The notes under the pieces are model-generated. The model did not search any database and was not told where the DNA came from. It worked only from the letters and a program-made list of their open reading frames with translations. A stretch of 64,000 bases of DNA, taken from NCBI GenBank assembly GCA_964424665.1, contig CAYRJM010000001.1:15395-79394 (forward strand). The letters are read 5' to 3'. The stretch is from an uncultured Chitinophagaceae bacterium (GTDB lineage Bacteria > Bacteroidota > Bacteroidia > Chitinophagales > Chitinophagaceae). A program made the translations under genes and the position numbers. Positions 54,892 through 64,000 of this stretch are shown in pieces (position 1 is the stretch's first letter; each line of letters begins with the position of its first letter).

Positions 54892-57663
54892 TTACAATAA
54901 TGATTTAAACTCGTAATGACCGGATTTAAGCTTTATAATAGCAAATCCATTTTTCATTTTTTCAAATTTAACGTTATCCGCATTATCTATAGAAATACCG
55001 TTTTCTGTTACCGACTGCGGAGACGACGCCGGAAGATAAACTACGGCAGAGGTATTTCCGGGAATGGAAATATCCCAATAGAAGGCTTTATCATTTTTTT
55101 CCCAATTGCTTGTAATCAATCCATGAACGGAATGATAAGAAGCATCTACAAATTGTAGGCTGTCCGTAAGCTGTGGCTTCATAATGATCTGCTTAAACCC
55201 CGGAGCAGTGGCTGAACTTTTTATCCCCGCCACATCTTCAAAATACCATACCACCAAATCACCCAAAAGCATGACATGGTTTCTGGAGCACATCCATGGA
55301 TTGGCTTTATCACCATTCCACAATTCCCATATTGTTGTCGCTCCATTGGCGACCATATAGCCCCAACCTGGATATTCAGTGGTATTTACGATGCTAAATG
55401 CCAGGTCTGGACGACCATACTTTGTTATTCCACGCATAATCCATTGCGTGCCCAGTGTCCCTGTGCTGATGTGCCTATCATATGCTTTGATTGTTTTTTT
55501 AACAATGTTATCAAACACCTCTTGCAAGTACGCTTGAGGAGTTATTCCAAAAATCAAGGGCAATAAGTTAGCGGTTACCGTATTGTTACTGTATTGCCCG
55601 GTCGTTTTGTTCAGGAATTTTTTATTAAAAGCGCTCCTTATCTTTCCGGCTAAAGTTAAATATTCAAGCCGGTCCTCTTTTTTGTTCAGTCTTTCAGCAA
55701 AACGAGACATCAAATCGAGAATATGGTAGTAGTAGGCAGTACCGATTAAAGTGCCATCGGTTATTCTGGACGGCTCCTTCGCATGAATCAATTCAGTATA
55801 TTTTGGCGGCATGCACCAATCACCGAACTTATCATCATAGATTAAATAATTTTCCATGTATGACCTTTCGATATGTCGTACCCATCTTTTCATAGAAGGA
55901 TAATGCTTTTCAATAGGTCGAAGCAAACCATATTGATGATACAACATCTCTGCCACCTGAAAATACGCTGCAGGCCAGGCGACATCATCAATATAGTATT
56001 TCCAAAAAGCCGGAGCCACATCAGGAATAATGCCGTCAGCTGTTTGTGCTTCGTCAATATCCTCCAGCCATTGAGCATATAACTTAGCATTGCCAAAAAT
56101 AAAGCTCTCCCCGTATGAACTCATCGTACGATCTCCCATCCAAGGCATACGTTCATCCCGCTGAGGACAGTCAACCGGCAGACCTTTGTAATTGCTGTTA
56201 ATCCCCCAGCAGGCATTATGGTATATCTTATTAAGCAAAGTGTTTGAGCTTTCGAAGTTTCCGGTTGTTTTCAGGCCGTCATATACCACCATGCCACTAA
56301 AGTTGGCTTTATCAGGAATCCCCGGATAATTTGTTATCTCCACATACCTAAAGCCATGATAAACAAAAGCGGGTTCCCACACTTCCAATCCTTCGCCGCT
56401 AAGCGTATAAACATCTGTTGCCTTGGCTTCTCTCAGGTTAGTAGTTGCCAATTCTCCGTTTTGTTGCAGGGTTTCTGCAAAACGCAGGGTGACTTGTCTG
56501 CCGCGTTTTCCTTTAACTTTCATTTTGATCCATCCCGCCATATTTTGCCCCATATCCATGATATAAACACCTGGGCGGAGATAATGAATAGTAACGGGAT
56601 TAATGGTATCCATCACCTTCACCTTTTCACTCATTTGAGCTTTCAACCGCCCCCCGGGAGCCGATACCAATTCTACCGGCAACCAGGTCGTATCATTGAA
56701 GGCAACCGTATTCCAGCCGGGCATTGTTTTTCTTGCATCATATTCTGCTCCATCGTAAATATTATTTGTTCGCATCGGGCCATCAGCGGTTACTTTCCAG
56801 GACGAATTACTTACAATGGTTTTTTTCGTTCCGTCAGCATATTTGATTTCCAATTGCAGTATCATTTTCGGAAAGCCAAAATTCCTGATTTTATAGGTCT
56901 TATAATTTTGCCTCATGGTAAAAAATAATCCATTGCCCAGTATGGTCCCGATTGCATTTTTTCCTGTTTTGACGTCATCAGTTACATCATAGGTGTTATA
57001 CAACACACTTTTAGTATAGTCTGTCGGGGAAGGAGTTAACACCTGATGGCCAATTCTCCTTCCATTTAGGTATAATTGGTAATAACCCAGGCCACAAATA
57101 AAAACAGTAGCGCTTTGAATATTTTTGGTGCACTTAAACTCCTTTCTAAAATACCTGGCGGACAGCCTGGAAAATTGCGCTTTTGCATTGTCCCAGGGGA
57201 ATGAACGGTCCAACCCGATCCACGCCGCCTTCCAGTCCTCTGGATTTAATAATCCCATCGTCCAATACTGTACTTTACTCCATGAAGACGCGCCTTTATT
57301 CGTCCAAACCCTTGCTCTCCAGAAGTATTTAGACCCGCTTTTCAATACCGATCCCGCGTACACAACATGAATGGACTGATCCGATTTTACTTTTCCCGAA
57401 TTCCAGATATCTCCGATTCCGTTTAATAACTTTTCTTTTGACGAAGCTACCACTATTTGATAGTGCGTTTGTTCTATTCCCCGCCCATTTCCGTAAATTT
57501 CCCAGCTTAAACGGGGCTTTACCACATCAATACCCAACGGATTAACGGATAATTCACATCGTAAGTTCTGTAAATAAATCTTCTCTTTCTTACCCATGCC
57601 CATTATAGGTAAGAAAAAAAACATACAGAGTACGGCCAGAAAATATTTACTTCTCTTATTCAT
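54892..57663 (-). CDS. GH78 alpha-L-rhamnosidase (third copy)
   Basis: The track ORF is 54892..57678 with a GTG start. The ATG at 57663 gives MNKRSKYFLAVLCMFFFLPIMG. Motifs are LRCELSVNPLGIDVVKPRLSWEI and LPVDCPQRDERMPWMGD. Confidence 0.9.
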   Translation of the reverse strand: MNKRSKYFLAVLCMFFFLPIMGMGKKEKIYLQNLRCELSVNPLGIDVVKPRLSWEIYGNGRGIEQTHYQIVVASSKEKLLNGIGDIWNSGKVKSDQSIHVVYAGSVLKSGSKYFWRARVWTNKGASSWSKVQYWTMGLLNPEDWKAAWIGLDRSFPWDNAKAQFSRLSARYFRKEFKCTKNIQSATVFICGLGYYQLYLNGRRIGHQVLTPSPTDYTKSVLYNTYDVTDDVKTGKNAIGTILGNGLFFTMRQNYKTYKIRNFGFPKMILQLEIKYADGTKKTIVSNSSWKVTADGPMRTNNIYDGAEYDARKTMPGWNTVAFNDTTWLPVELVSAPGGRLKAQMSEKVKVMDTINPVTIHYLRPGVYIMDMGQNMAGWIKMKVKGKRGRQVTLRFAETLQQNGELATTNLREAKATDVYTLSGEGLEVWEPAFVYHGFRYVEITNYPGIPDKANFSGMVVYDGLKTTGNFESSNTLLNKIYHNACWGINSNYKGLPVDCPQRDERMPWMGDRTMSSYGESFIFGNAKLYAQWLEDIDEAQTADGIIPDVAPAFWKYYIDDVAWPAAYFQVAEMLYHQYGLLRPIEKHYPSMKRWVRHIERSYMENYLIYDDKFGDWCMPPKYTELIHAKEPSRITDGTLIGTAYYYHILDLMSRFAERLNKKEDRLEYLTLAGKIRSAFNKKFLNKTTGQYSNNTVTANLLPLIFGITPQAYLQEVFDNIVKKTIKAYDRHISTGTLGTQWIMRGITKYGRPDLAFSIVNTTEYPGWGYMVANGATTIWELWNGDKANPWMCSRNHVMLLGDLVVWYFEDVAGIKSSATAPGFKQIIMKPQLTDSLQFVDASYHSVHGLITSNWEKNDKAFYWDISIPGNTSAVVYLPASSPQSVTENGISIDNADNVKFEKMKNGFAIIKLKSGHYEFKSLL

Positions 57664-57705
57664 GATAATTAAAAGCACCTAAATACCTTCGCTTTTTGCC
57701 TGTTG

Positions 57706-58470
57706 TTACCCCTTAATCGCTTTTAGCCATGCATGAGCCATTAAACCCGCCCCGGCCATGGTAGGATGTACACCATCAAGTGTCCAGTAAGATCCGGGAG
57801 CGTGTTTGAGGGCTTTATTATAAATTTCCTGATAAGGAATAAATACCGCATCAAATTTTTCCGCTACCTCCCTGGCGGCTTGACGGTATTTGTTAAAGGA
57901 CGGATACCAGCTTTGATCAACCGACTTCACGCCCGGAATGGCATAGGGCTCTCCTATTATTAATTTTACATCCGGCAGCTTTTGTTTCGTTTTCTCTAGT
58001 AAAGCAACATAATCCTTCTTATAGGTTTCAACGGTTCCATCGTAATCCCTTACCAGGGTATGCCAAAAGTCGTTCACACCGACTAAAATACTCAGAACAT
58101 CCGGTTTCAACTTCAAACAATCATTTTCCCAACGTTCCGCTAATTGATAAACTTTGTTTCCACTTACTCCCCTGTTATAAAGGAGTAATTGCTTTTCGGG
58201 ATATCGAAAAACCAAATCCGTAGCGGCATAAGCCGCGTACCCTACCCCCATGGCATCAGCTGAATTAGGCTTATTATCTCCCCGATCCCGGTGAAAGTCT
58301 GTGATAGAGTCTCCCTGAAATAAGATGACATCGTTCTTACTTATCCGTTGCTTCTTAACCCACTGTTCTTCGTTAAATGCTGCCGATACGATTTCAGGAA
58401 CACAACAGGTCATTACACCACCAAAGGCGGCTTTCTTAACAAAATTTCTTCTGTTTACAGGCTTACTCAT
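57706..58470 (-). CDS. Tat-signal SGNH/GDSL hydrolase (carbohydrate acetylesterase candidate)
   Basis: 254 aa. The twin-arginine signal is NRRNFVKKAAFGG. The SGNH blocks are FQGDSITD (I), NRGVSGN (II), LVGVNDF (III) and DGVHPT (V). Confidence 0.8.
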   Translation of the reverse strand: MSKPVNRRNFVKKAAFGGVMTCCVPEIVSAAFNEEQWVKKQRISKNDVILFQGDSITDFHRDRGDNKPNSADAMGVGYAAYAATDLVFRYPEKQLLLYNRGVSGNKVYQLAERWENDCLKLKPDVLSILVGVNDFWHTLVRDYDGTVETYKKDYVALLEKTKQKLPDVKLIIGEPYAIPGVKSVDQSWYPSFNKYRQAAREVAEKFDAVFIPYQEIYNKALKHAPGSYWTLDGVHPTMAGAGLMAHAWLKAIKG

Positions 58471-58482
58471 TCTGTAGTATAT

Positions 58483-61400
58483 TTACTTTTTAGTTATCCA
58501 TAATACCACCTCTTTGGTAGTGTTTTTTTTCAAAGTGACAACCCCGCCACCTTGGAATGTTCTTCTTTTAAAAACACGTCCTGAATCGGGATTAATCCAG
58601 GTTACTTTATACCTTCCAGAATAGGAAGACAGATCTATTTGTACCGGGCGGATAGAGGCGTTATAAACAATATAAGCCTTCCCCTCATCGGCAAGTACCC
58701 ATTGCCGCTTCGGACGTCCGACCAAATCAGCAATATGCATTTTCGCAGCGCTTTGCAAAAAGCCGTCGGCTTCTATCTGAGGTATGGTCGCTAAAGAGCC
58801 ACTGGCCATAAATACCGCCCACCCGAAATGATTATAATTTCTATAAGAATACATTACCGCTTTATCCGGGTATTTTTCTCTGTACGTCCTCACCGCGCGG
58901 TATACCTGCCCAAATGAACTGCCTTTGGGGTGCAGCAACCTTGCAAATTGTCTCGGGGCCAGGCTTTGTCCGCCTTCCGGTGCGTATAATGTACTGTCTT
59001 TCTCATAATGCCAATGCCGTATATCAATGACGTCTACAATAGGCCCTCTTTGAGGATCTGATAAGACCGCATCCTGAACATCCTTAGTCGTACTGAGGCC
59101 GATAAATTCATTTTTTCCTGTTTCTTTTTCCCATTGTATAATGACATCCAGCCAAAACTGTACAAAGGATAACGGTCCCGTATACTCCGCGGCTGTAAAC
59201 TGAATAACATTGCTGTTGTTTTTAAAATTATCCAGGCATTTCTTGATGTACGCAATATGTAACTTCTTGCGAACCAGATTTGTAGTATCATAGAACTGTT
59301 GCGCCATGAATATCCTTTTATCTCCGGCAAAAGGGGGTGGTTCGGGAAAGCCGACATGATTTATATTATTGGCTGTTCGCCATGGAAAGTCGACCCAGTG
59401 CGCACCCGCTTCTATTATATTATGCTGAAAATAGTTCTTATGTATTAAAACAAGGCCTTTCTGATCCGCAAGGCGGGCAAACTTTTCTAGCCTGTTCCAA
59501 TACCAATAATTATACTTCGTCAAGTCATACTTACTCAGTCCATCCCAGGCCAACCCTTTCCCTGACCGTTTAAAAGGCAACACATAAAATGGAGCCCAAA
59601 CATTACCATTCATCCTGCGTACCCTCAGATGATCATCCCTTCGACGGTCGTACCAAAGTCCGTAATTTTGTTCAAATACAGTGACCTGATTTTCCTTTAA
59701 GGAATCGGCAACTACTGCAAGATCATCCGTATATCCCCGTCCGATGCGCCCCGGAACAAAACGAGTGATAGCAGGCTTTGCTTCCCGGGCTTTGCCCGGT
59801 TGAACGTCCCCCCTCCACCATGGCGTCACCGTTCTGGTGCCGGTCATTACCTTTCCATCCCTGACAAGCCAACCGTTTTTCAACGCCATGGGATGAACTG
59901 CTATTTCTTCCTTCCGAGGTGCTTTGAGCTTAAGTTGCGCGACACCTAATGCCCTCTTAGCCTGGGTCGGGATAGGATCTCTTTGAGCGGCCGCATCAAT
60001 CCAGTCTGATAATCGCGGAGCCGGTTTTGCAGCAAGTGCGGAAAGCCGGCCAGCCTCCTTAATAGTGGGGCTGCTCGTAGGATTGCTTCTGATTTGAAGG
60101 AGCTTTCCTCTTGCAATAACTTTTTGACCCAGTCTATCTTTCAGCTGAGCGTAGTACAGGCTAAAAGGCTCAACATGTTCATTGGTATGCCCCCAATATC
60201 CGTGCCCCTCAGGCTGCGCCCAACTTCCAAATGCCCAGTTTTCTGCTGTTGGAGGCTGATAACAAGCGATTTTAGCTGCATCGCATTGCCAAAAAACACT
60301 GTTAGCCGCATTCCACCCTGCACCGCGATTGTATTGTCCTAAGTTCTTAAAAACCAAAGCGCCTCCATCAATTCGAACATTATCATAAAGAACTCCTGAG
60401 GCCCAACTGTTGACCGGACCGCTAAAGCTAAATGGCAGATGCGCTTTACACTGGACAAATGCGTTAGGTCCTGCAGCACAGAAACCTACTGTAAAATCAT
60501 GATATCCGTATTCGGAATATATCCTTTGAAAGAGCGTTAATTGGCCATCTGTTCTGAATGCGTATCTCCGCTCACCCCCGATTTCGGAAACAGGCGCCAA
60601 CGACTTACAGTCCTGAACAGTCACTCTACTAGAAGAGCTCAGTCCATAGACCGCGGAGCCGGCAAAATGTTTAAAAATGACCTGCCTGACCCAAGCATCC
60701 CGCACATGCGCTAACGTCACGCCCATCCAACAGTGCGCTTCATCTTTAAGATTAGAAGAATCGTAATCAGAAACAAGGCAAAGATTCTCTATTCCAATTT
60801 GCTCTATCCGGCCCGGCCAGTGGTACGCCGCCACAGTCCCTCCACCAAAAGCAGAGTCTATGGCCGTAGTCAGTGCAATATTCAGGGTTAGTTCGTTGCC
60901 ATGAACCGCGGTAATTTTGCGGTCCCATGTAATGACTTCTTCCCCAGGCTTCCAGCCAATCCAGCCAGACTCGCCGCCAAAGTCAGCGACCCCTAAGGTG
61001 TCAATCCATTCCGCAGTACAGTTCCGGTAAACCATCACATGGTCCCCTTGCTTAAACCTACTTCCATCGGCAACATGTATTTTATCGGAGCCGACTGGCA
61101 CATAGGCGTCCGTAATCGCAGCTGCAGAATCCAACCGGATATTATGCTTACCATACACCCTGATCAAGGCGGCTCTATCTTTCCCTTTGGCCACAATGGT
61201 AGTTCCGTTTTCGGTCATGCCACTTCCCCGAAGTACTATGCCGGAAGCACGAATCTCCAATCTTCCATAGAGCTTATAGATGCCCTTCTTTAATAAAACC
61301 GTTCCCCTGAATCCGCTTTTATCCAGTGGCAGTGAAGAAACGTAATCAATAGCCTGTTGAATACGGCCGGTAGCATCCCCGTTTAGAGCCGGGACAACCA

Positions 61401-61659
61401 CACGAACAGGGACGTCGGGAATGCTATCCGCTGCTCCTTTATAACCACAATAAGAAAAATCAGGTATTCTATTCCCTTTTTTATCCGGTTGATAAACAAG
61501 TCTTCCTGAAGCTCCCGCTGCAACTGGCGACGTCTTTACTTGCGCCGATGAAGTTGTTCGGATAGCAGACAAAGAGAATATTAATCCTAAAACAAGTATG
61601 GCGAAAAACAATCGTTTCGCCATACTGCTCCTTATTAAAAACACCATATTTTTCACCAT
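58483..61659 (-). CDS. Large secreted two-part protein: N-terminal right-handed beta-helix (pectate-lyase-3-like) + ~500-aa uncharacterised C-terminal domain
   Basis: 1058 aa. The likely true start is the ATG at 61623, giving MAKRLFFAILVLGLIFSLSA. The N-terminus has NGDATGRIQQAIDYVSS...GTVLLKKGIYKLYGRLEIRASGIVLRGSG, a tailspike/Pectate_lyase_3-type entry motif. The C-terminal half has GLWYDRRRDDHLRVRR...NYWYWNRLEKFARLADQKGLVLIHKNYFQHNI, which looks like a glycosidase TIM barrel. Confidence 0.5.
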   Translation of the reverse strand: MVKNMVFLIRSSMAKRLFFAILVLGLIFSLSAIRTTSSAQVKTSPVAAGASGRLVYQPDKKGNRIPDFSYCGYKGAADSIPDVPVRVVVPALNGDATGRIQQAIDYVSSLPLDKSGFRGTVLLKKGIYKLYGRLEIRASGIVLRGSGMTENGTTIVAKGKDRAALIRVYGKHNIRLDSAAAITDAYVPVGSDKIHVADGSRFKQGDHVMVYRNCTAEWIDTLGVADFGGESGWIGWKPGEEVITWDRKITAVHGNELTLNIALTTAIDSAFGGGTVAAYHWPGRIEQIGIENLCLVSDYDSSNLKDEAHCWMGVTLAHVRDAWVRQVIFKHFAGSAVYGLSSSSRVTVQDCKSLAPVSEIGGERRYAFRTDGQLTLFQRIYSEYGYHDFTVGFCAAGPNAFVQCKAHLPFSFSGPVNSWASGVLYDNVRIDGGALVFKNLGQYNRGAGWNAANSVFWQCDAAKIACYQPPTAENWAFGSWAQPEGHGYWGHTNEHVEPFSLYYAQLKDRLGQKVIARGKLLQIRSNPTSSPTIKEAGRLSALAAKPAPRLSDWIDAAAQRDPIPTQAKRALGVAQLKLKAPRKEEIAVHPMALKNGWLVRDGKVMTGTRTVTPWWRGDVQPGKAREAKPAITRFVPGRIGRGYTDDLAVVADSLKENQVTVFEQNYGLWYDRRRDDHLRVRRMNGNVWAPFYVLPFKRSGKGLAWDGLSKYDLTKYNYWYWNRLEKFARLADQKGLVLIHKNYFQHNIIEAGAHWVDFPWRTANNINHVGFPEPPPFAGDKRIFMAQQFYDTTNLVRKKLHIAYIKKCLDNFKNNSNVIQFTAAEYTGPLSFVQFWLDVIIQWEKETGKNEFIGLSTTKDVQDAVLSDPQRGPIVDVIDIRHWHYEKDSTLYAPEGGQSLAPRQFARLLHPKGSSFGQVYRAVRTYREKYPDKAVMYSYRNYNHFGWAVFMASGSLATIPQIEADGFLQSAAKMHIADLVGRPKRQWVLADEGKAYIVYNASIRPVQIDLSSYSGRYKVTWINPDSGRVFKRRTFQGGGVVTLKKNTTKEVVLWITKK

Positions 61660-61697
61660 TCAGCTATGTGGTTTAGTCCGGTTACCAGGCGCCCATA

Positions 61698-63416
61698 TCA
61701 GTGTTTGGTAAACCAGTTGTCAGAACCTTCCAACGGGCTATAATTATTGTTAGGATCCGTATAATCTACTTTATAATTAGGGTTAGTACCATTGAGGAAT
61801 TCCTCGATGTTCATATAACCATCCCCATCTGTATCTTTTGTGGCATCCGTTTTATCGCTCCTATCAAGTCCGTATTTTTCTTCCCATGCATCCGGCATGC
61901 CGTCATTGTCCTTATCCGTATAGGGCGTACCCTGATAATCAGGATAACCACCTACTTCCACAGGATTAGTAATGATTCCTTTTTTATACCCGTCCTTGGG
62001 TACTCTGCGATACTTAAATTGATACATGGTATCTGCATTAAAATCTTCCAAATAGTCAATTTTCCCCGTCCTTACCTGTTTAATGACCCGTGTATCTACA
62101 GAGTCACGCACAGGCAAAGTAGCACCCACATGCTTTAATACGTAATGAAAGGCCTCCTGGGCGGTCATAATGGTAATAGGCGGCATCGGAAACGGAGTTT
62201 CTGCCTTCATGTCAGGAAAGTAAGCTTTAGCTTCTGCATAAGTCATCAACTCGCCGTCCATCCCTTCCATTTGTATACCGCCATGCCAGTTATTATTAGT
62301 CACGCTATCATTTCCATACATAATATTGCCGTGTACATAACACCTTCCAAACACTTTCCTACCCAGGTTACTACGACCCGATTCAGGTTTTAAAATACGG
62401 TGATGAATGGGACCATCTAATGTGATCGGGCCGGGCTTATAATAATTGTTAATAATATTATATAATGCGGTATAATCCCCGCCATCGACGGAACGATGCC
62501 GCCAGTTAAAGATGACATTATTAACAAAATTAAAAATACCGTTCCATCCAATTGAAGGATTACGCCCTACATTATCCGCCCACAAGTTACGCATAAATGT
62601 GGCATTTTCCCCACCCAGGGTACTACCAAATGCATGATTATAAGTATCTAACCCTTCGGAGAAAATAGAATTTTGGATGGTTACATTTACGGTAGGATAT
62701 TTCTTTCTTTTAGAACCATCGCCCGGGTCATACATGTGTCGGTAGATAGACATATTCTCGTCCAGTCCCCAGCTCGCGGATACGTGATCAATCATAATAT
62801 TGCCAACAGGATTTCCTCCTATAGCATCGTCCCGGCGTCCGACGTTGGTAGCTCCCCTTCTAAAGCGCATGTATCTAATAACTACATCATGTGTATTGAT
62901 CCAGAAAGATTCGCCGGCAATACAGATGCCGTCGCCCGGGGCAGACTGCCCCGCAATGGTGATATACGGCGCTTTTATAATAATTGGTGTCTTTAAGCGA
63001 ACAATTCCCGCTACATTAAACACTACAATCCTTGGACCAACCGCCTCACAGGCTGCCCTGAAAGACCCCGGGCCGCTATCATTCAAATTGGTTACAACAT
63101 ATACTTTGCCACCACGTCCGCCAAAAGTATACATTCCGCCCCCTTCCGCGCCAGGGAATGCAGGTATTTTAGCCTGGGGTAAGTCCGTCGGCCGATGAGC
63201 GAAGGGAATATAGGGCTTGCCTTCTCTTTTATTTTCTTCAATAACCGATTTATTTTGCTCCCAGATTCTGTTTACTCTTGCTTCTTCTGCTTTAAGCATG
63301 GAATCTGCTGCTTTTTGTATTTCTTCCGGAACTTCTGGATATTGCGCATCTGCCTGTTTTTGCATACAAAACAATATACCAAATAAACATAAAACCATTC
63401 CAATTTTTCTCATCAT
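61698..63416 (-). CDS. PL1 pectate lyase (short form, no N-terminal accessory module) with C-terminal DxDxDG repeats
   Basis: 572 aa. Motifs are FPGAEGGGMYTFGGRGGKVYVVTNLNDSGPGSFRAA, IAGQSAPGDGICI, VGRNPS, DKDNDGMPDAWEEKYGLD and DTDGDGYMNIEEFLNGT. Confidence 0.85.
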   Translation of the reverse strand: MMRKIGMVLCLFGILFCMQKQADAQYPEVPEEIQKAADSMLKAEEARVNRIWEQNKSVIEENKREGKPYIPFAHRPTDLPQAKIPAFPGAEGGGMYTFGGRGGKVYVVTNLNDSGPGSFRAACEAVGPRIVVFNVAGIVRLKTPIIIKAPYITIAGQSAPGDGICIAGESFWINTHDVVIRYMRFRRGATNVGRRDDAIGGNPVGNIMIDHVSASWGLDENMSIYRHMYDPGDGSKRKKYPTVNVTIQNSIFSEGLDTYNHAFGSTLGGENATFMRNLWADNVGRNPSIGWNGIFNFVNNVIFNWRHRSVDGGDYTALYNIINNYYKPGPITLDGPIHHRILKPESGRSNLGRKVFGRCYVHGNIMYGNDSVTNNNWHGGIQMEGMDGELMTYAEAKAYFPDMKAETPFPMPPITIMTAQEAFHYVLKHVGATLPVRDSVDTRVIKQVRTGKIDYLEDFNADTMYQFKYRRVPKDGYKKGIITNPVEVGGYPDYQGTPYTDKDNDGMPDAWEEKYGLDRSDKTDATKDTDGDGYMNIEEFLNGTNPNYKVDYTDPNNNYSPLEGSDNWFTKH

Positions 63417-63533
63417 AAAATCTAATTTGTTATTTTTTATAATTGTTTACTATATTAGTTCCATAGTCAAAATGAAATAATTCGGAGGTTAGTATTATGG
63501 CTTAACAAACAAATGCTAATAATTCATTTATCA

Positions 63534-64000
63534 CTAATCCAGCCAGCGGGGATCTCCCCAACCCAATGTTTTTAATGTATTTTTTCCAATGGTAAAGTCT
63601 CCATTATCGGGATCTTTATACTGTGGGTCTACATGTTTAATATTGGTTACTGGTGAAAATGTAAGATGGTTCCAATAGCCCCAAGAGGCAAAAAAGCCCT
63701 CCCTATTTGTGCCAAATGTATTGTTATCATTAGCATAACCATTTACAAAAATTCCTAATTCACTACCCGTACTTTGGTCATTTGTCAAAATAGAGTTATT
63801 AACATGAATTATAAAATTACTTATTTGGATTCTTATAAATGCTTTTGAAGCTATATTATTCAAGGTGCAATGATCAATGGTTGGTGGATCTCCGGAATCC
63901 TTACCGGCATATTGTTCCCCTCCCTCAGTATTATTTCCGGTATATGCAACATCTTCATCAATCCTTAAAAACCTACGGGCCAGGTTCCAAAATGTTGAGT
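63534..64000 (-). CDS. C-terminal part of a beta-helix/pectin-associated protein (DUF5123-like ending); the N-terminus lies beyond the window end
   Basis: The track lists 63534..63863 from an internal TTG. My translation shows the frame stays open to position 64000 (...STFWNLARRFLRIDEDVAYTGNNTEGGEQYAGKDSGDPPTIDHCTLNNIASKAF...). It ends ...LKTLGWGDPRWLD. Confidence 0.55.
   Translation of the reverse strand, partial: STFWNLARRFLRIDEDVAYTGNNTEGGEQYAGKDSGDPPTIDHCTLNNIASKAFIRIQISNFIIHVNNSILTNDQSTGSELGIFVNGYANDNNTFGTNREGFFASWGYWNHLTFSPVTNIKHVDPQYKDPDNGDFTIGKNTLKTLGWGDPRWLD

Noticed and set aside
1-64000. A search by eye for rRNA, tRNA, CRISPR repeats, transposases, integrases, prophage genes, toxin-antitoxin pairs or defence-system genes
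   Set aside because: No intergenic gap exceeds 233 nt. None shows tRNA-like or repeat-spacer structure. No ORF has transposase, integrase, nuclease or ATPase-type motifs. The window is a contiguous metabolic locus.

Overview
This 64-kb window looks like a Bacteroidota genome, judging by lipoprotein-type signal peptides, TAnnTTTG-like -7 boxes, almost no Shine-Dalgarno usage, DUF3826 proteins and the CAZyme repertoire. It is almost wall-to-wall coding: 35 CDS, two of them truncated at the window edges, with only about 1.4 kb intergenic by the track coordinates.

The genes form five tightly packed strand blocks:
- (i) 1-17388, minus strand, 10 genes
- (ii) 17622-30554, plus strand, 6 genes
- (iii) 30596-48269, minus strand, 8 genes
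- (iv) a lone AraC-family regulator at 48491-49369, plus strand
- (v) 49404-64000, minus strand, 10 genes

The content is a very dense pectin / rhamnogalacturonan-II-like degradome:
- 3x GH78 and one GH106 rhamnosidase
- GH127, GH95, a GH95-related DUF5703-like protein, and GH29
- 2x GH2, one fused to malectin and a CBM
- 3x PL1 pectate lyase, two of them a tandem duplicate
- two sialidase-fold BNR proteins, an SGNH esterase and a GH140-like TIM-barrel protein
- several large proteins I cannot place in a family

Small catabolic or transport modules are attached:
- Fe-ADH + DHDPS-like aldolase + PdxA-like dehydrogenase
- SSS symporter + a second DHDPS-like aldolase + a Tat-exported TIM-barrel protein
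- a Zn-dependent MDR dehydrogenase

I saw no SusC/SusD pair, hybrid two-component sensor, rRNA, tRNA, CRISPR array or mobile element in the window.

The most unusual items are:
- a beta-propeller dehydrogenase carrying a C-terminal azurin-type copper domain, paired with a DUF1080-PA14 lipoprotein; this is a candidate oxidative, non-hydrolytic glycoside-cleavage module
- a lipoprotein fusing an FGE-like domain (without the catalytic cysteines), a BNR propeller and MORN-like repeats
- a sialidase-like / transporter / aldolase set that could salvage the ulosonic acids Kdo or Dha

All family calls come from motif recognition by eye and memory. No database search was run.
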